DNA of 64,000 nucleotides from Rhabdochlamydiaceae bacterium (GTDB lineage Bacteria; Chlamydiota; Chlamydiia; Chlamydiales; Rhabdochlamydiaceae): NCBI GenBank assembly GCA_019745395.1, contig JAIETG010000010.1, positions 34,796 to 98,795 of the forward strand, read 5' to 3'. Shown piece by piece: positions 61,676 to 64,000 of this stretch (position 1 is its first letter; each line of letters starts with the position of its first letter). The notes under the pieces were generated by a model. It saw only the letters and a program-made list of their open reading frames with translations, ran no database searches and was not told where the DNA came from. The position numbers and the translations under genes were made by a program.

Positions 61676-62971
61676 ATGGCTCAAACAGACAATTCTTTTA
61701 CTCTTGAGGAGATAGGAAAAGCTCTTCAGCTTAAGTTTCCTGAACTAGGGAGCCTTGTCCGTTCTCTGAAAAATTTGTCCCAGTATGACTTTTTAAGATT
61801 CACTTCCATGAATATCATTCCCTTAATACAAAAAGGGAAACCGTTCAAATCTCTCATCAGTCGATGGGAAAAAGAGACGCTTTCTGTAAAACAGGAACTT
61901 GAAAATCTCAAACAAGAAGCTCTCCAAGAAGTCACTGCGGCTTTAACACTCCTCATAAGTAGAGTCAAAGAAAGTGAGCATTTGAGTGCTATCCCACAAG
62001 TACAACAATCTCTCGATGAAGCAAGAGAGTACTTAGAAGGCACTAGACCAGTCTATATCCCCTCTCATTTTGAAATGGCAGCCGATACAATGGCATCTAC
62101 TTGCCGCTTATTACTCAAACATAACGCAGCCCATGTACTCACTGGTATAGCTCAACTTGTTGATCTCAATGATAACATTGACATCCCTGCAATCGAAAAA
62201 CTCCATTTCTACAAAAGCATCACTAAAATGACAAAAAAGAACCAAGAATGGAGTTGGGAAACTTACCACTTTCCACACACTTGTTGGAGCTATCTCAAAT
62301 TAACAGCAGAACTGTGGAACCTCAAGGAAAGTGCCTTTGCAGAAAAGTCTTTAAAAAGTAGCTCTATAGAAGAATGCAAAGAATCCGGTGAGCTTCTTGG
62401 CTTACATAACTATTGGGTTGAGCTTCAGTCAATACGCAATCACAGACAAGACAGAACCCCATTCTTTACCATCGAAAGGTTTACAAAATACCTACAGGTC
62501 ATCTGTAGTGAACTGCTACTACTCAAATCAAAAAATGCCTCGGAAGCCCCTTCCCTTGGGATCGTATCGCTTTGCCTGAAAATAGACGGTGATCACCTTC
62601 TTCTTTTAATAGAAAAGGGAGATCGCACTAAGACAGCATATGTTTTGCATAAGTTCAAAGGAGTTACCGGCCCTTATAGTTTTTTTAAATACTTGATTGA
62701 TAATCCTAGGAAAGACGCGGACCCTTCTGATTTTGGAATGCAGTCAAACTCCCCAAGCAACCTCCTGCCACGCTCCCAATTTAAGGGTCCTTTGCAAACA
62801 CTCTTTTTTCAGCCTGGGACCAAGAAAAACAGCATCCAACTCATCTCACCACTAGTTCCATTGAAAGATCAACCTCTTAGCTTGAGATTAAGTATCGAGC
62901 AACAACTTGCAGAGATGCACTTGAGTTCTTACGACAGTACGTTCACTAATACCATAGGACCTTGTGAATGA
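61676..62971 (+). CDS. Hypothetical protein (431 aa from the ATG; 433 from the track TTG at 61670); first gene of the island cargo pair
   Basis: Long ORF transcribed divergently from the replication module. Its stop overlaps the next start (ATGA). No motif recognised. Confidence 0.55.
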   Translation: MAQTDNSFTLEEIGKALQLKFPELGSLVRSLKNLSQYDFLRFTSMNIIPLIQKGKPFKSLISRWEKETLSVKQELENLKQEALQEVTAALTLLISRVKESEHLSAIPQVQQSLDEAREYLEGTRPVYIPSHFEMAADTMASTCRLLLKHNAAHVLTGIAQLVDLNDNIDIPAIEKLHFYKSITKMTKKNQEWSWETYHFPHTCWSYLKLTAELWNLKESAFAEKSLKSSSIEECKESGELLGLHNYWVELQSIRNHRQDRTPFFTIERFTKYLQVICSELLLLKSKNASEAPSLGIVSLCLKIDGDHLLLLIEKGDRTKTAYVLHKFKGVTGPYSFFKYLIDNPRKDADPSDFGMQSNSPSNLLPRSQFKGPLQTLFFQPGTKKNSIQLISPLVPLKDQPLSLRLSIEQQLAEMHLSSYDSTFTNTIGPCE

Positions 62972-64000
62972 CATCTAAGAAAAACCAAGAAACACCCACT
63001 AAACAAACTGTCGCTGATTTTCCATTACTTAAAGAGCAATGGCATCCCACAAAAAACGGAACCCATCTACCCAATGAAGTTACTGTTGGTTCTTCACGAA
63101 AAGTATGGTGGAAGTGTTCTAACGGATTAGATCATGAATGGGAAGCTGTAGTGCATAAAAGAACATCTCGAGGTGACGGTTGTCCCTATTGTTCGGGACA
63201 AAAACTATCTAAAAGCAATTCCCTTGCAACTTTACATCCTGATTTAGCTTCACAATTACATCCTACAAAAAACGGCGAACTGTCGGCAGAGACTCTTATT
63301 GCAGGGTCTCACAAAAAAGTATGGTGGCAATGCTCTAAAATATCCGATCACAAGTGGGAAGCTGTAGTGCATAAAAGAACATCTCGAGGTAACGGTTGTC
63401 CCTATTGTTCGGGACAAAAACTATCTAAAAGCAATTCCCTTGCAACTTTATATCCTGATATTGCCCTACAGTTTCATCCCACTAAAAATGGTACTATTAC
63501 TGCTCGTCAAGTGCTCGGTGGTTCAAGTAAAAAATATTGGTGGAAATGTCCTAAAGGACCTGATCATGAATGGCAAGCATCCGTGCAAAAGAGAACATCC
63601 TCTGGCAGAAACTGTCCATGTTGCGCAGGAAAACAGCTTTCTGTAACCAACTCTCTCCTCTCGCTACATCCACAGATTGCCCTACAATTTCATCCCGTAA
63701 AAAATGAGAAAACAACCGTTAATCAATTACTTGCTGGTACCCACAAAAAAATCTGGTGGAAATGTCCTAAAGGATCAGACCATGAATGGGAGGCATCCGT
63801 AGTCAGCCGAGCATACGGAAGGGGATGTCCATGTTGTGTTCGATTAAAGTTATCTATAACTAATTCTCTTGCTACTTTACATCCTGATATTGCCCTACAG
63901 TTTCACCCTACTAAAAATGACACTATTACAGCTGATCAAGTGCTCGGTGGTTCAAGTAAAAAATATTGGTGGAAATGTCTTAAAGGACCTGATCATGAAT
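62968..64000 (+). CDS. Protein of tandem zinc-ribbon repeats (DUF4379-like units), 5' partial that continues past the window end
   Basis: Hand translation: MTSKKNQETPTKQTVADFPLLKEQWHPTKNGTHLPNEVTVGSSRKVWWKCSNGLDHEWEAVVHKRTSRGDGCPYCSGQKLSKSNSLATLHPDLASQLHPTKNG... At least 5 units, each with HP.KN, KK.WWKC, DHEW and GCP.C. Absent from the ORF track because no stop falls in the window. Confidence 0.8.
   Translation, partial: MTSKKNQETPTKQTVADFPLLKEQWHPTKNGTHLPNEVTVGSSRKVWWKCSNGLDHEWEAVVHKRTSRGDGCPYCSGQKLSKSNSLATLHPDLASQLHPTKNGELSAETLIAGSHKKVWWQCSKISDHKWEAVVHKRTSRGNGCPYCSGQKLSKSNSLATLYPDIALQFHPTKNGTITARQVLGGSSKKYWWKCPKGPDHEWQASVQKRTSSGRNCPCCAGKQLSVTNSLLSLHPQIALQFHPVKNEKTTVNQLLAGTHKKIWWKCPKGSDHEWEASVVSRAYGRGCPCCVRLKLSITNSLATLHPDIALQFHPTKNDTITADQVLGGSSKKYWWKCLKGPDHE
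63040..64000. repeat. Tandem ~216-nt (72-codon) DNA repeats inside the zinc-ribbon gene
   Basis: The cat-cc(c/t) of each HP.KN motif falls at ~63043, 63259, 63475, 63691 and 63904. Blocks of >100 nt are nearly identical between units 1/2 (63142 vs 63358) and units 3/5 (63461 vs 63891). Confidence 0.85.

Overview
This 64-kb window is about 39% GC by eye. It has the gene content of a Chlamydiae-type (environmental chlamydia-like) chromosome: a long-form FtsH (914 aa), a long-form LepB (627 aa), HprK, a TyrP-type permease, a eukaryote-like IleRS, and many lineage-specific secreted or membrane ORFs behind long AT-rich spacers.

Most conserved genes lie on the minus strand. The housekeeping backbone is hprK, ftsH, tilS, lptF/lptG, a PAP2 phosphatase, an M32 carboxypeptidase, rpsI-rplM, miaB, ligA, glgB, alr, mtaB, an ABC-F ATPase, lepB, ileS and ssrA.

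Between these sit putative effector-like ORFs:
- a protein with a clan-CE-like His/Asp/Gln/Cys pattern plus ankyrin-like repeats
- a signal-peptide protein with a kinase-like motif set
- an HExxH protein with about 14 tandem 32-aa repeats
- an RGG-rich secreted protein
- a VDPx-repeat membrane protein
- a paralogous pair, one member fused to a PP2C phosphatase

The best-supported non-coding element is a TPP (THI-box) riboswitch on the minus strand (~21672-21766). It appears to control an orphan 80-aa ORF just upstream of an MFS transporter.

An ltaE fragment abutting an IS200/IS605-type TnpB C-terminal remnant marks old mobile-element damage (~51.7-52.1 kb).

The most interesting region starts at the tmRNA gene (56679-57048). 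A large serine recombinase gene overlaps the tmRNA 3' end. It is followed by an HTH gene, a primase-helicase and a SpoVG-like gene. A divergently transcribed, translationally coupled pair follows: an unknown 433-aa protein and a protein built from at least 5 tandem 72-aa zinc-ribbon units. That last gene runs off the window.

I saw no rRNA, tRNA or CRISPR array. Coordinates taken from the ORF track are exact. Coordinates I derived by hand (RNAs, hairpins, promoters, alternative starts) may be off by 1-2 nt. All family calls rest on motifs I recognise by eye, not on database searches.
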